From Tubiluchus corallicola (taxonomy: Eukaryota; Animalia; Priapulida), in NCBI GenBank assembly GCA_030141605.1, contig JAQGDQ010000838.1:1-64000 (forward strand): 64,000 bases of DNA. The letters run 5' to 3'. The stretch's first letter is position 1, and every line of letters starts with the position of its first letter. Positions 52,966 to 64,000 of this stretch are shown here, piece by piece. Both the position numbers and the translations under genes were made by a program. Under the pieces are notes generated by a model. It made no database searches. It was not told the DNA's origin and was given only the letters and a program-made list of their open reading frames with translations.

Positions 52966-55900
52966 CTAAAAGTAAAAATGACCAAAATTAAAACCATCAT
53001 CTTTCAGTAAATATGATTTTCTAGTAATTCAAAAGATAATTATTAATGCAAATCAATTTTTTTACAGGCATTTAAAAATATTTATAGTTAAAATGCCACA
53101 ACTTTATTAAAACTTTTAATTTACATAGTTAAAAAAATCATGTCAAACGTTTTGAATACTGTATCAATATATCTTTTATACAGGTCTGCTTAATTACTAC
53201 AGATTTAGCTTTTTGTAAAAACATAATTAGTGCATAATTACTATAACAATTTCTTTTCTACTGGTCTGCTTAATCATTACCTATTTGGCTTTTCGTAAAT
53301 ACATAATTTAGTGTATAAATTTCTTTTCTTCAGGTCTGCTTATTCATTACCTATTTGGCTTCTGTTAAATACATAATTAGTGCATAATTTACTGTATTAA
53401 TTTCATTTTACTGGCCTGCTTATTCATTACATGTTTGGCTTCTGTTAAATACATAATTAGTGCATAATGATCTATACTGTAGGCTCTGCCTATATCAACT
53501 GGTTGTATGTTTGTAAAAATTTACCACTGATGATGACAGCAGTAAACATTTGACATGAATTTTAACTATGTAAATTAAGAGTTTTAATAAAGTTGTGCTG
53601 TTATAACTATAAATTATTATTATTATTCCTTAATAATAAAGTGGTTGCTGCATGTGCTTAGCGAATAAAGTTAAGCAATGCCAAGCCTGTTCGGTAAATA
53701 TAATGGGTGGGTAAAGTTTCTGTTAACAATTGGACGAGCACAAATGCTCTCTGAACAAAATCTACAAACAAAATACATGAAAACAACCAGAATAAGTTTT
53801 CCTAATCCATTTTGTAGCTAGAGCTGGGATTGCTTAACTTAGTAGCTGGGTACACATCGTGTACAGCTTTAGTTCGAAGAGTGTACGGAAATTCACTAAT
53901 ACTTGCTTCAGATCGTTTCTGTGGCTTAATATCGTGTATCACACTGCTCAGTGATGACTAACAGACAGTATTATGGCACTTTTACATTATAATTGAAAAA
54001 TTTCAATGTTGACTTAGCCAAGAAAAAAAAGCTGCAAATTTTTCCCACCTACCTGGAAACCAATTTGTACTTTTGGAGGAATACTGAGTCTTTCCTTTAA
54101 TTTGCGACTGAAAATAAAAATAATACGATGTGCATATGTGTAACATAAAACCTCTAAATATGAAGATTCCAAATCGTTTCTGCAAATTTTGTCCTCCGGG
54201 TGAAGGTTTCTTGTCTTGCCTAGCACCAGAGATCTCTAGCTAAGTACACTAATCATATATTACTAACACTTAGCAGTTAATCTACACATTTGGCACTGAA
54301 AACAATTTTAATGCAATGTCAGCCCTGAAACTCAGTTGGTGAGTGAAACATTGTGAATTAACTTAACCATGTAAGTAGACAAGTGGTGTCTAATGCACTA
54401 AAGCAGCAAAAACATCTTTTTCAGGAGATTGCAAAGATATAATAAATTAAAACAAACACTGTGTGATAATGGAAAGGCATGTACTGCCTCTGAGGCCAGC
54501 AAGCAGTTACCTCAACTTACCTGTCAGGTGATTTCATGGTTGATGACTTTAGGTACCTGGCTTTGTGAAATGCTGCAGACACTTGGCCTTGATATGTTGG
54601 GTCTGGTCACATGTAGTTTATAGATTTGTGTCTGGTTAACTGAATTATTGTTTCCTGCTGTCTGCTGTTGCAATTGGTGTTTATTGTCTGTCACAGTTTT
54701 TTAATGGTGCTCTAATGTTTGGGCAAGGATGTAAGTTGCTTTTATTTACTTTAATAATTTTTGCAGTTTTGATTAGCTACTGAAATTAACTGTATATGTG
54801 AAATGTTACTTTATGTAATTTGTTTGTGTATGTACTAATTTATTATTACATAAATATTATAGTTATTATAGAGTTATTGTAGAGTTATTATATTCATAAA
54901 ATATGCAACAATTTACTTATTTACATTTCTATATTCTACATTTCTACATTCTTAACAGAATAAACAATTAATGTACACACTTATGTCTGGACTTAATGTT
55001 TGGATTGGAGTGTTTTGAGCATTCTTGGTCGTTCTTAATGAAATGGGTCATGCATGCTACAGGCCATTTATATATAGATTTTTGAAATAAAGTAATATTT
55101 TTAGTTGTCAAGGTCATGGGTCGAGTACTGTACATATAGTGGACAAGATTAGTCACGCAATTATCCACTAGACATATAAATAATATTTTTACACCACAGC
55201 ACAATACTCAGTACCAGGGATGTCACCGAAACGAAATTTTTGGTTCGATTTACCGACAATCACACTTTTGGTTTCAGCAAAATCTAGTAAGTATCGTAGC
55301 CAAAATTTCGGATAGTTTTCGGTAGTATTTTTCTGATGTTTTACTAGTATTTATTCACTTTACCCTTTCTTTTCTCCTAGTTGTCAAAACAGCTGGAAAA
55401 TCTTTGCTAAAATAGTTCAAATAAAGCAAAAATTTCGTTTACAGAATAGTTTACTGGCGTGCTTTTCACAGCAATGTGGCGTATCTTCGTGCTGATCAAT
55501 GTGAAGTTTTGGGTTTCCAGGCCCAATTAACCGAAATATCAAACTACGTATATATTTGAACAAAATCGCATTTAAATTTATAATTTACAAAACATAGGCA
55601 AGAAAAAAAATGTTTATTTTTAATGAAGCATTATGATCTTTAAACGTTAATCGTTAAGGATACTTAAATCCAAAAACATTGTAAAACATTAATTTTTCTA
55701 ATGTGAGCCACTCCATCAAACTTGAGGTTCTATACTATAAAACATCCCTGTTTTTTGTCAGTAATTTTGTATCACAGCAAATAAAAGTACACAAAAAAAC
55801 AAAATGTTTTTGTATGTTTTCATTACGGTTTGCCATGTTTGGTAAATTTCGGTTTGCTATGTTTGGTAAATTTCGGTTTGCCATGTTTGGTTAAATTTCG

Positions 55901-58900
55901 GTTTGCCATGTTTGGTAAATTTCGGTTTGCCATGTTTAGTTAAATTTCGGTTCCCCATGTTTGGTAAATTTCGGTTTCCTATGTTTGGTAAATTTCGGTT
56001 TCGGTTTTTAAATTTAGTTTCGGTAACACCCCTGCCCAGAACACGCTGGTACAGTATCTTCAATCCTTAATCATTTCTATTCGAATATCTCCTACCACAT
56101 AAAAATTTAGCATAGAAATTTGCAATTGCACAATATGGTCGTACAAAAATCCACCCCACAATTTAACACGTACAAATATTGAGTTTAATAAAACTTTAAC
56201 AACAGTTTATTCACCCTATTTTCATTGTAGCTTCCGAATTTCGGGCGTCGGCCGTCCACATTGCTAATTTATCTCCTTTCGTTCGTATATTGATCACGGC
56301 ACCGCAGACATTCTCGCTGTGTTCATCAAAAGCTTCGCCGACTAAACACAACAGCTGCAAGATGAAATGAACAGAAATCAGTTAGATCCACATCCACAAG
56401 TTAGATCCACATCCACAAGTCTCGAGGAAAAAAATAAAATTTGTTTTTTAATTTCGTTTAATGCATTAGACTGAATGTTTGTTCTTGAAAAGTGTTTCAT
56501 GTCCACTACCCTGTCACCTGTGTATTCAAGTAAACAAAAACAAAAAGACAAACAAACAAAAAAGACAACCAAACTGTTGAGAACAAAAATAATTTTTTTT
56601 ATTTTTCGTTTAATGCATTAGACTGAATGTTTTTATATGATGTTTGTTCTCGAAAACTATTATTAGTGTTTGTCCATTACCGTGTCACCTGTGTATTCAA
56701 GTAAATAAAAGCAATAAACAAATGAGCTAAAACATCATGATGTACTTATTTACATTACATTTCATAATATACAATCTGTAAATGAAAATATAAATGTTGG
56801 TAGACGTAACAACATATCACAATTCAGTATTTAATCATGGGAATTTCTATCCCGACACCTACATGGGAATTTCTATCCTGACACCTACATGGGAATTTCT
56901 ATCCTGACACCTACATGGGAATTTCTATCCCGACACCTACAGTGTCTTTATTAAGTTTAGAGATAGCTTTGCCTCTAAACAGGGGGAAAGACCTGCTCCG
57001 TCGGTTTTCATGACTGTCAGGCCTTTCCCAACGAGTTATTTCCTGCCTCAGACTTTATACCAGGCCTATTAACTAAACAGTTGCACGGTTAATGATGCGA
57101 TAAGACAGGTTTCCTATATACATACTTGCACAACAAAAGTTGCAATCTTTCTTTAAGTACTTTGTACAGCTATTTATACAGAGCAAATAGTAATTTGCTT
57201 ACTTAGGAAATGAGATTCCGACACGAAGCACCCACGTTTGATCTAGTTGTCACAGTTATAATTATAGGTAGGTGTCGATTTACGACTGTTCCTCATTACG
57301 ACCCTGACCGCAATTTAATTAATTATACAAAACCAACTATAGCTCATATTTCCTTCTATTTTTTTAAACAAAGTAACTTTTTACAGCCAACTGTTGCGAA
57401 AAATCTGTAGGTATCGCCTTACTTAGTACGTACACACATACAAAATCCAGGGGTGTAAGCAGCATCTATGAAAGGGCACATTTTGCTTACCCATATTTCT
57501 GTGGTCATGCTAGTGACGATTTATTTATGAATTATGAATTTAAGTCACAGTCCTTTTAAAATGAACAATAGATGCACGTTTTCATATAGAGTTCAATCTC
57601 GATAATGCCGGCCAAAATGGCTGATTGACAAATTAAGCACAATCATGGATAATCACACACTTTTCCATCAAAAAGGCAAAGTTCTGCTCCCGCACTCCCG
57701 TCCCTTGGGAAAGAGCAAGGGGGCACTGCCCCCGTGGCTCCGGCGCCCCTGACAACATCCTACTAGTAGGGACGCATCACTTAAACGCAAGCGTCGGACT
57801 TGCGTCCAAGTAGTCTTACAACCAATTTGCCAGAACCGACTGTGGTCGTAAGTCAAGGACAATTACCTGTATTTATAATCTCTTTTGCTTTATGAATTAC
57901 ATTTTATTGTGTCGCCTATGGAAACATTAGCCAATACAATCACATGTTCTGATACCATTAGAGCAAATATGTCATTAGGTCCTAATTTAGGATAAAGGAA
58001 CCGATTAGCAGAGATCTATACCTACCGTTTCCATCCAAAAATTATCTAAATCTGAATATCGTTGTTGCTTGTTAAGATTTATTAGCCATCGTCCACCGTT
58101 TCGATTCTTTTCATCTTCCCACATGGGTTTAATCCCTTGCTGCAATAGTATGAAAAATTAATTACACAATACCAAAAATTACTTATCTAATAACACTGAT
58201 ATACTAAATTATTTTAAAATACAGTGTTCCCTCACTTATCGCAAAAGTGAATTTCAGCGAAGTAGGGACGCTATACTTACTTTTACATTATTTTAAGTCT
58301 TTATAAACCCTCCCCACACTCTTATACATAACCCTTTCTCATTCCCTTAATAACTTTTCCTATACTGTACAAAAACTTTACTTAAATGTTCATAAAAGTA
58401 TTTTAAACTCTTAAACATAGATACGTAATTTTAAAAATTTGACGGGTGCTGTGTACAATCCCACGTTGGCAAGTAGCATCTCAAGCGGGCGTACGTGCTA
58501 TATTTCATTTTTGGTGTGTATTCATCCGCCGAATAAATACACTATTTACTGTAAATGGTAATTTTTTATGATTTATAATATACTTTTAATGTTAGAATTA
58601 ATATTTTTAATATATTTTTATACATTTTGTGATTTTTTTAAAGCAAAATTCATCAAATCTATACATTACTGTACAATACATACTACGCATGTGCAAAAAT
58701 ACTTTAGACAGAGTACCGTAAACACCCGCGAAACAGCGAAAATACCGCGATAAATATTTTACATTAATATTTTTGAAAACCCGCGAAACAGCGAGTTAGC
58801 GATAAACGAACCGCGATGTAGCGAGGAAACACTGTACTTCAAATATGACTCGATGTTATTTTTTTCAATCAATTACTGAACAAACATCAGATTACACAAC

Positions 58901-61900
58901 TGAAATTTTCAAATTTTGCTATTTTCATGACATCACACAAAACAACCAATCACAGTTAAAAGGGGTTACATGTTCATTCTGTCTGCTCAAAGTAAGGTTA
59001 ATGATAACTCCTTCTAAAACTTCGATATAAAACTCTGAAATACAAACAATCATTAGAGTTATCAAACAGTGACATTGACAACTCAAGGACACTTGTATGC
59101 TTGGAGCTACTAAAAACACTCATAGACATCGGTTTGCCAAGACCTCGCTTTTACGGATATCGGAAAAATCGGACAAAATCCGGGCCATTGAAAGTTCCGC
59201 ATATGACTGACACAGTCCACTGTTTCGCAACCTGACCGTTAGTTGACAGGCCGTCACTTTGCATCATTACATCAGTGCAACCACGCAGCGTGTAACGTGA
59301 CACGTGTAGCTTGCATGTCAGGAGCGGCCTGTGCTAGACGTTTTTGAGACAAGTTAGGCGATTGATTCTACATTACCGTGAGTCTAATACATTAACTTAG
59401 TAATGGCGCCTAATGCATTGACTTAGTACCGGTAAATAGGCAATTGGCAAATTCAGATGGACATCTCGTTTTTGTCCGGCAAACCGAGATGAGTGTACTA
59501 CTATACTGTAGAATAAACTAACTCAATTAATTTCAATGATAAAAAACTAAAATTTGCAGATTTCACACTTTTTGATAAACACACTTAAGATACTGGTTAA
59601 GACAATTAATTTTCAAGTGTTTAATAAACTAGTAGCAAAATATGATGTAATTTACCTAATTAGGCTAAATTATGTTAGTTTTGCATGCATGGATCATAAA
59701 AAATGTTAGTACTAAGTTAAAAAGTTCACACACACACATTTATATGTTTTGCCAATATCACTTTCTGAAGATTGCAAAGGCCAAAATACTTTGGCAAGAT
59801 GTATTAAAGTATAACTTATGTATTAAAAGAACATGTTAAATAAAGAATAAAACGGCACATAGTTTCAAAAGAAGAATTGTATATAAGCTCAAAAAACAAT
59901 ACAGCATGTTGGCAACAGTGTGTGCTGGTATTTAATTACACAGCAGGCACCACTTAATAGACTCACTTTGGGATAGAGGTGTTTTGACTCATTTAACTGA
60001 CTGAACCTATTAACCGATGAGTGTAGTATTACAGGTAAAGAAGTATGTCATCGGCTTACTATGCACTGCAAAGGTTTTTAATGATTTTCAGAAAGGCAGT
60101 AATGCCAAAATTCCTTTGTGCAGTTAAAAATTAGAAAAAATATTTTAAAATATTAATTTATATAATTGAATTAGCAATAAATTAAAAAGTATACTTTTCT
60201 AAGTTTGTTTATTTGCAAAAATCACAAAAATTCCTTCAAAGTCGGCTGCTTCGTTTTCTCGCGAAGAAGTTGGCTCACAAAGTTCTCGTAATTATAAAAA
60301 CATTGAAAACTGTCGTTGTTCATGACTAAAACAGTTCTGAATCGTTTGCTCATTTACATTGCTCTTATTTGCTGTACGATGTTTACTCTCATAAGTCACA
60401 AGGAAAACTGGCTGATTACTGTACCTGCTTCTTTGACTGTTAATTCATTAAGCCTGCAACCGTGATTTCCAACGTTAGCGCATGATAAATGTAACTATTT
60501 ACAAACAAAACAGTACTTAAAATGATACATATCTGCATATATTTTAACACACAGAAATATCTTATTTTAAGTACCTAAAGCAAAAATATTGAGCCAATTA
60601 TGTGGAGTTATTTAAACCAGTTCCCGACAGTTTCTATATAAATTTGAATAGAAGTGGCCAGACATTACCAGACATTTTTGAGTCAATTAGGTGACTGATT
60701 GTATTAACCCTGAGTCTAATAAATGGCGTCTACTGTATATATCAGAATGCAAAAATCATGCAAACTTACCTTCACATGTAATAGAACTACAACTAATCAA
60801 CTACTTTAGTGAGAAGCCACTAACTAAGATTGTAAAGAAGCCAGTATAATCATTTCAGGTTTTTCTTAATTTCATGCAAGCAGTCACTCCAGTCAGCTTA
60901 ATGACATCAAGCAAAATTATATTAAAGTTATCATCTCAAGGTTGCCACCAAATTTAGGTTAAACCACATCCATACATTCCCAGTACACTCATATCTCGGT
61001 TTGAGGGACCTTGTTTTTACGGATATCGGAAGAATCAAAATCCGGACCGCTAAAAAGACATCACTGTAACCACTTGTGTATCTTTACATATAAAAATATC
61101 GAGTCAATTATGCAGAGTTATTTGAGTCAATTTGCATAGGAGCGGCCCGTACTAGAGACAATTAAATGATTGATTCTACATTGCCGTGAGTCTAATACAT
61201 GACGCCTACTGTACTGGATTACCATCGGTAAGTAAGGACAATCGGCAAATTCGGACCAACGTCTCCCCGTTTTTGTCCGGCAGACCGAGATATGAGTGTA
61301 TTTCCAGTTTCCATATGACAACATTTTTGTGTGTTTATCAAATGTTTCTGCTGTCAATTCTATCCAAAACTAAAACTCGAGTCCATTTCGCTCGTAGAAC
61401 AAAAGAAAAACTACTCAATGCATGCAGATATATGCAGCATTCTTAAGCGGAAACTATGCAGACCTATCACACATTCGCAAATTAAAACTTCCACACAAAA
61501 ATTTCAATACCACAAACTCAAGCTAAGTGAGAAGTTACCCAATTTCTAATACAGAAGCTACACTAGTTAGCCTCCACCATCAAGCCAGGCAAAGGGACAG
61601 GAAGCAATCCGCAATCAAACTTACCTTAAATAGTGAATAATCGCAACCCGACTGTAATCGGCTAGCAACTTCAATGTGATTATATAATCTGTGAGAATAA
61701 CAGCTGTTGTTAGTAAAATGCAAAGTCAGCAAAAAACGATACGAGTGCGCTTCACCCTGCTGCAGAAAGGTGGCAGCAGCAGCTCACCTTGAATAAGGAA
61801 TAATCGCAGCCATGAGGAAGATGAGTGGGAGACAGGACATGATTATACAACCTAGGATAAAGTTAGAAAAATGCAAATCAGATAGATAATGACGCAATAT

Positions 61901-62359
61901 CAAATTCACACTCGTTAAAAAAAATGTGTTTTGATGAGTTCTCAATTTTTTTCTTGAAGACAAACTGTTACATAAACCAAAAAAAATGAAATTTATTATG
62001 TACTAAACAAGTTTTATTCTCCTCACACTGTTACCTCTTATTCATGATACGAAACTCTCGATGGGGTTCAATTCATGATAAGTCATAAAATAGAAGGTAA
62101 GAGAATATAAAACTACCAAATTATTTAAACATTACATAACAATCTAATATTTCACAATTTGCTATTTTACTTACGCCCAGAAATCTTCTACAGTATCAAA
62201 TGACGTGATATCGCAAAGGTTTTCCTCCCACTGCTTGGACTTGTCATTTTTAAAGAACCACAGTGTCCAGGCATTCTGTAATGGATGCTTTATGAGTAAT
62301 TCTGGGCTAATTTCAACTTCTTTGCTGACTACTGCCTTCTGTTCTGACGATTCTTTGTC
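52906..62359 (-). CDS. eIF4E: Eukaryotic translation initiation factor 4E, class I (5' coding exon not found in window)
   Basis: Exons 62175-62359 (KHPLQNAWTLWFFKNDKSKQWEENL..TVEDFW), 61788-61851 or 61625-61688, 58026-58139 (GIKPMWEDEKNRNGGRW), 56215-56354 (LLCLVGEAFD..VCGAVINIRTKGDKLAMWT), 54053-54107, 52906-52965 (KSGSTAKNRFTC*). All are GT-AG and phase-compatible. Confidence 0.97.
53082..53612. mobile_element. Foldback-like element with ~70-bp imperfect inverted ends and internal ~60-bp tandem repeats
   Basis: acaactttattaaaacttttaatttacatagttaaaa..catgtcaaa is inverted as tttgacatg..ttttaactatgtaaattaagagttttaataaagttgt. Confidence 0.7.
54053..54107 (-). CDS. eIF4E: eIF4E exon
   Basis: RKLKERLSIPPKVQIGFQ, 55 nt. 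Confidence 0.93.
55215..56034. mobile_element. hAT-like MITE with subterminal ~23-bp repeats
   Basis: 25-bp TIR cagggatgtcaccgaaacgaaattt (22/25 match); imperfect 8-bp TSD ctcagtac/cccagaac; tandem ttcggtttgccatgtttggtaaat at 55826-56005. Confidence 0.75.
56215..56354 (-). CDS. eIF4E: eIF4E exon
   Basis: LLCLVGEAFDEHSENVCGAVINIRTKGDKLAMWTADARNSEATMKIG. Confidence 0.96.
58026..58139 (-). CDS. eIF4E: eIF4E exon
   Basis: QGIKPMWEDEKNRNGGRWLINLNKQQRYSDLDNFWMET, 114 nt. Confidence 0.96.
58222..58834. mobile_element. Tc1/mariner-pogo type MITE
   Basis: TA-cagtgttccctcacttatcgc ... gcgatgtagcgaggaaacactg-TA. Confidence 0.8.
59117..59495. mobile_element. TA-target MITE family, copy 1
   Basis: cactcat..tcggtttgcc / ggcaaaccgagatgagtg; homologous to 60986-61298. 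Confidence 0.7.
60986..61298. mobile_element. TA-target MITE family, copy 2
   Basis: TA-cactcatatctcggt ... accgagatatgagtg-TA. Confidence 0.8.
61625..61688 (-). CDS. eIF4E: eIF4E alternative 64-nt exon, variant A
   Basis: cag|A..AAG|gtaag; LYNHIEVASRLQSGCDYSLFK. Confidence 0.92.
61788..61851 (-). CDS. eIF4E: eIF4E alternative 64-nt exon, variant B
   Basis: tag|G..AAG|gtgag; LYNHVLSPTHLPHGCDYSLFK. Confidence 0.88.
62175..62359 (-). CDS. eIF4E: eIF4E exon
   Basis: DKESSEQKAVVSKEVEISPELLIKHPLQNAWTLWFFKNDKSKQWEENLCDITSFDTVEDFW. Confidence 0.96.
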
Positions 62360-64000
62360 CTAAAGAAAACAGACATTATGAACTTGCTGCAAGTGCAAGA
62401 AACACGCAATATATTTGGTGTTAACAAAAAGTGTCAATATTAAAATCAAAATAATTACAAAACAGCAGGTGGTTATTTTCTAGGTTGCAAAATCCTTTAC
62501 TCTCTGGATGCTACATATTATCAGACTCACCCATTAAAACTTAAGTGCACATTCGTAACATGTGAAAGGTATTACATATATCACATGCAGGGCACAGTTG
62601 TGGGCAAGGAAATAGGGGGGGAGAGCAAGCACCGAATTAAAGCTTACCCACAATTATTAAGCCTGTTAGCTTTTACAATCAAAGAATCAAACAACACAAT
62701 CATTAACAAGTCACGAGGAATTATATTATAATAACTATACTAGCAGGTACAATCACAGAATGAAATATCATAATTATTATCAATACTAAAATATCACTAT
62801 ACTAAAACACAGCGGAACAATTAGCCTGGCTAGCTCACAGGTCTAAATGTTCAAGGTAGACCTGTCTTACACAGCTTAAATACAGAAAATTAGAACACTA
62901 TTAATGTAAAAAGTCATTCAGAAGCAAATAAGTACAGTGAGATTAGAGGGAAATTTAAGCTATTTCAATGTTACAACAAGCCTAAAAAAGGAGGAAATGA
63001 GATGAAAAAATTATGAAAGAGAGATAGGCAAGAAGACAAACAATGTAATATTCACAAGTGAAGTGAATCAAACGCGAAGTAATTATGAGACGAACTTCGC
63101 GACAACAGTATTGTAATAACTGTGCACATGAACAGATTGACTCCCAGAATTATTTAAAAAATAAACAGAAATAAAACAAACCCAGCAAAACTGGTTAAGC
63201 AGTCTTCAGAAAAATGCAATCTGGGTGCAAATTTAATAATTTTTTCTACCTGAAATGGGGTCAGGCATCTGCCTGTACGCAAACATTTGCCTGTCTCCAT
63301 TTTTTCTAAGCGTACCCATAGAGAATCCTACACAACATTAGTTCTGTAAATTTCACAACATTGCATAGCAGATTTTTCTAACCCACGTAAGGTTTTTTCT
63401 GCTTAATCTGTGCTTAACAGTAAATTCCTTATCCAAGTCATTTTCATGAAACTCCCAAGCGACAGTGTTTTAATTTTTCGGTTGTCAGTACACATGTGCT
63501 GCATGGCGGATAAGTAACTGTACACAACTGCATCATAAGAAGCGAACATAAAAGATCTTTCAACAAAAAAAAAATCAATCTCATTGTTGAATTCAGAGCA
63601 AAAAATATAGAAATACCAACTGAATATATTATAATCAAATATTTTTGTATTTTGTCTGTCTTCTTTCATTTTTTTGCCCTTTTAAAAGTAGTTCATTTGG
63701 TGCACGGAGAAGCAGAAAGATTTGAATCTAGCATGTGCCGGTGAGAATATCAATAACGTGGTGGCATTTTTGTCCTAACAGGACAGTGAAAACTTTGTGC
63801 ATCAATTGTGTAGATCGATTCAGAAAAAATACAAGGTTTTATTAATATAGAGACACAGTAAACATGGCAAACTTAGTTGACTGGCCATGGAGACCAGTGT
63901 GCAGATGTCTTATCCTTGTCATCTGACAGATTTAGTGGACTTCCATGAGGGACGCATTAAATTTGCGCCCTGCGGATTACACCCAATTCTGCTCAGCTTA

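Noticed and set aside
60765-60815. Third eIF4E alternative exon at a strong AAG|gtaagt donor
   Set aside because: No LYNH..CDYSLFK similarity and in-frame stops; it could only be a poison exon and is unsupported.
63247-63275. eIF4E first coding exon (ATGCCTGACCCCATTTCAG|gt)
   Set aside because: It ends in phase 1 but the next exon needs phase 0.

Overview
AT-rich, repeat-dense animal (probably invertebrate) genomic DNA with spliceosomal introns. Three protein-coding genes can be built by hand. (1) An 8-exon secreted, divergent pentraxin/LamG-fold protein with a dibasic-site-delimited GYG octapeptide tail (+, ~16483-22677). (2) A gene with an intronless CDS encoding an unusual chimera of an MS4A/CD20-like four-TM domain, a proline/tyrosine adaptor linker, a tyrosine pseudokinase and a C-terminal ITAM-like motif (+, 42303-44015). 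(3) A class I eIF4E (-, 52906 to >62359) carrying two tandem paralogous 64-nt exons that cannot both be included in frame. The rest is a ~7.4-kb-offset segmental duplication with a 63-bp satellite born from a LINE ORF2 end, LINE fragments, 5S- and tRNA-derived SINEs, several MITE families and micro/minisatellites. All calls come from reading the sequence; no database searches were run.
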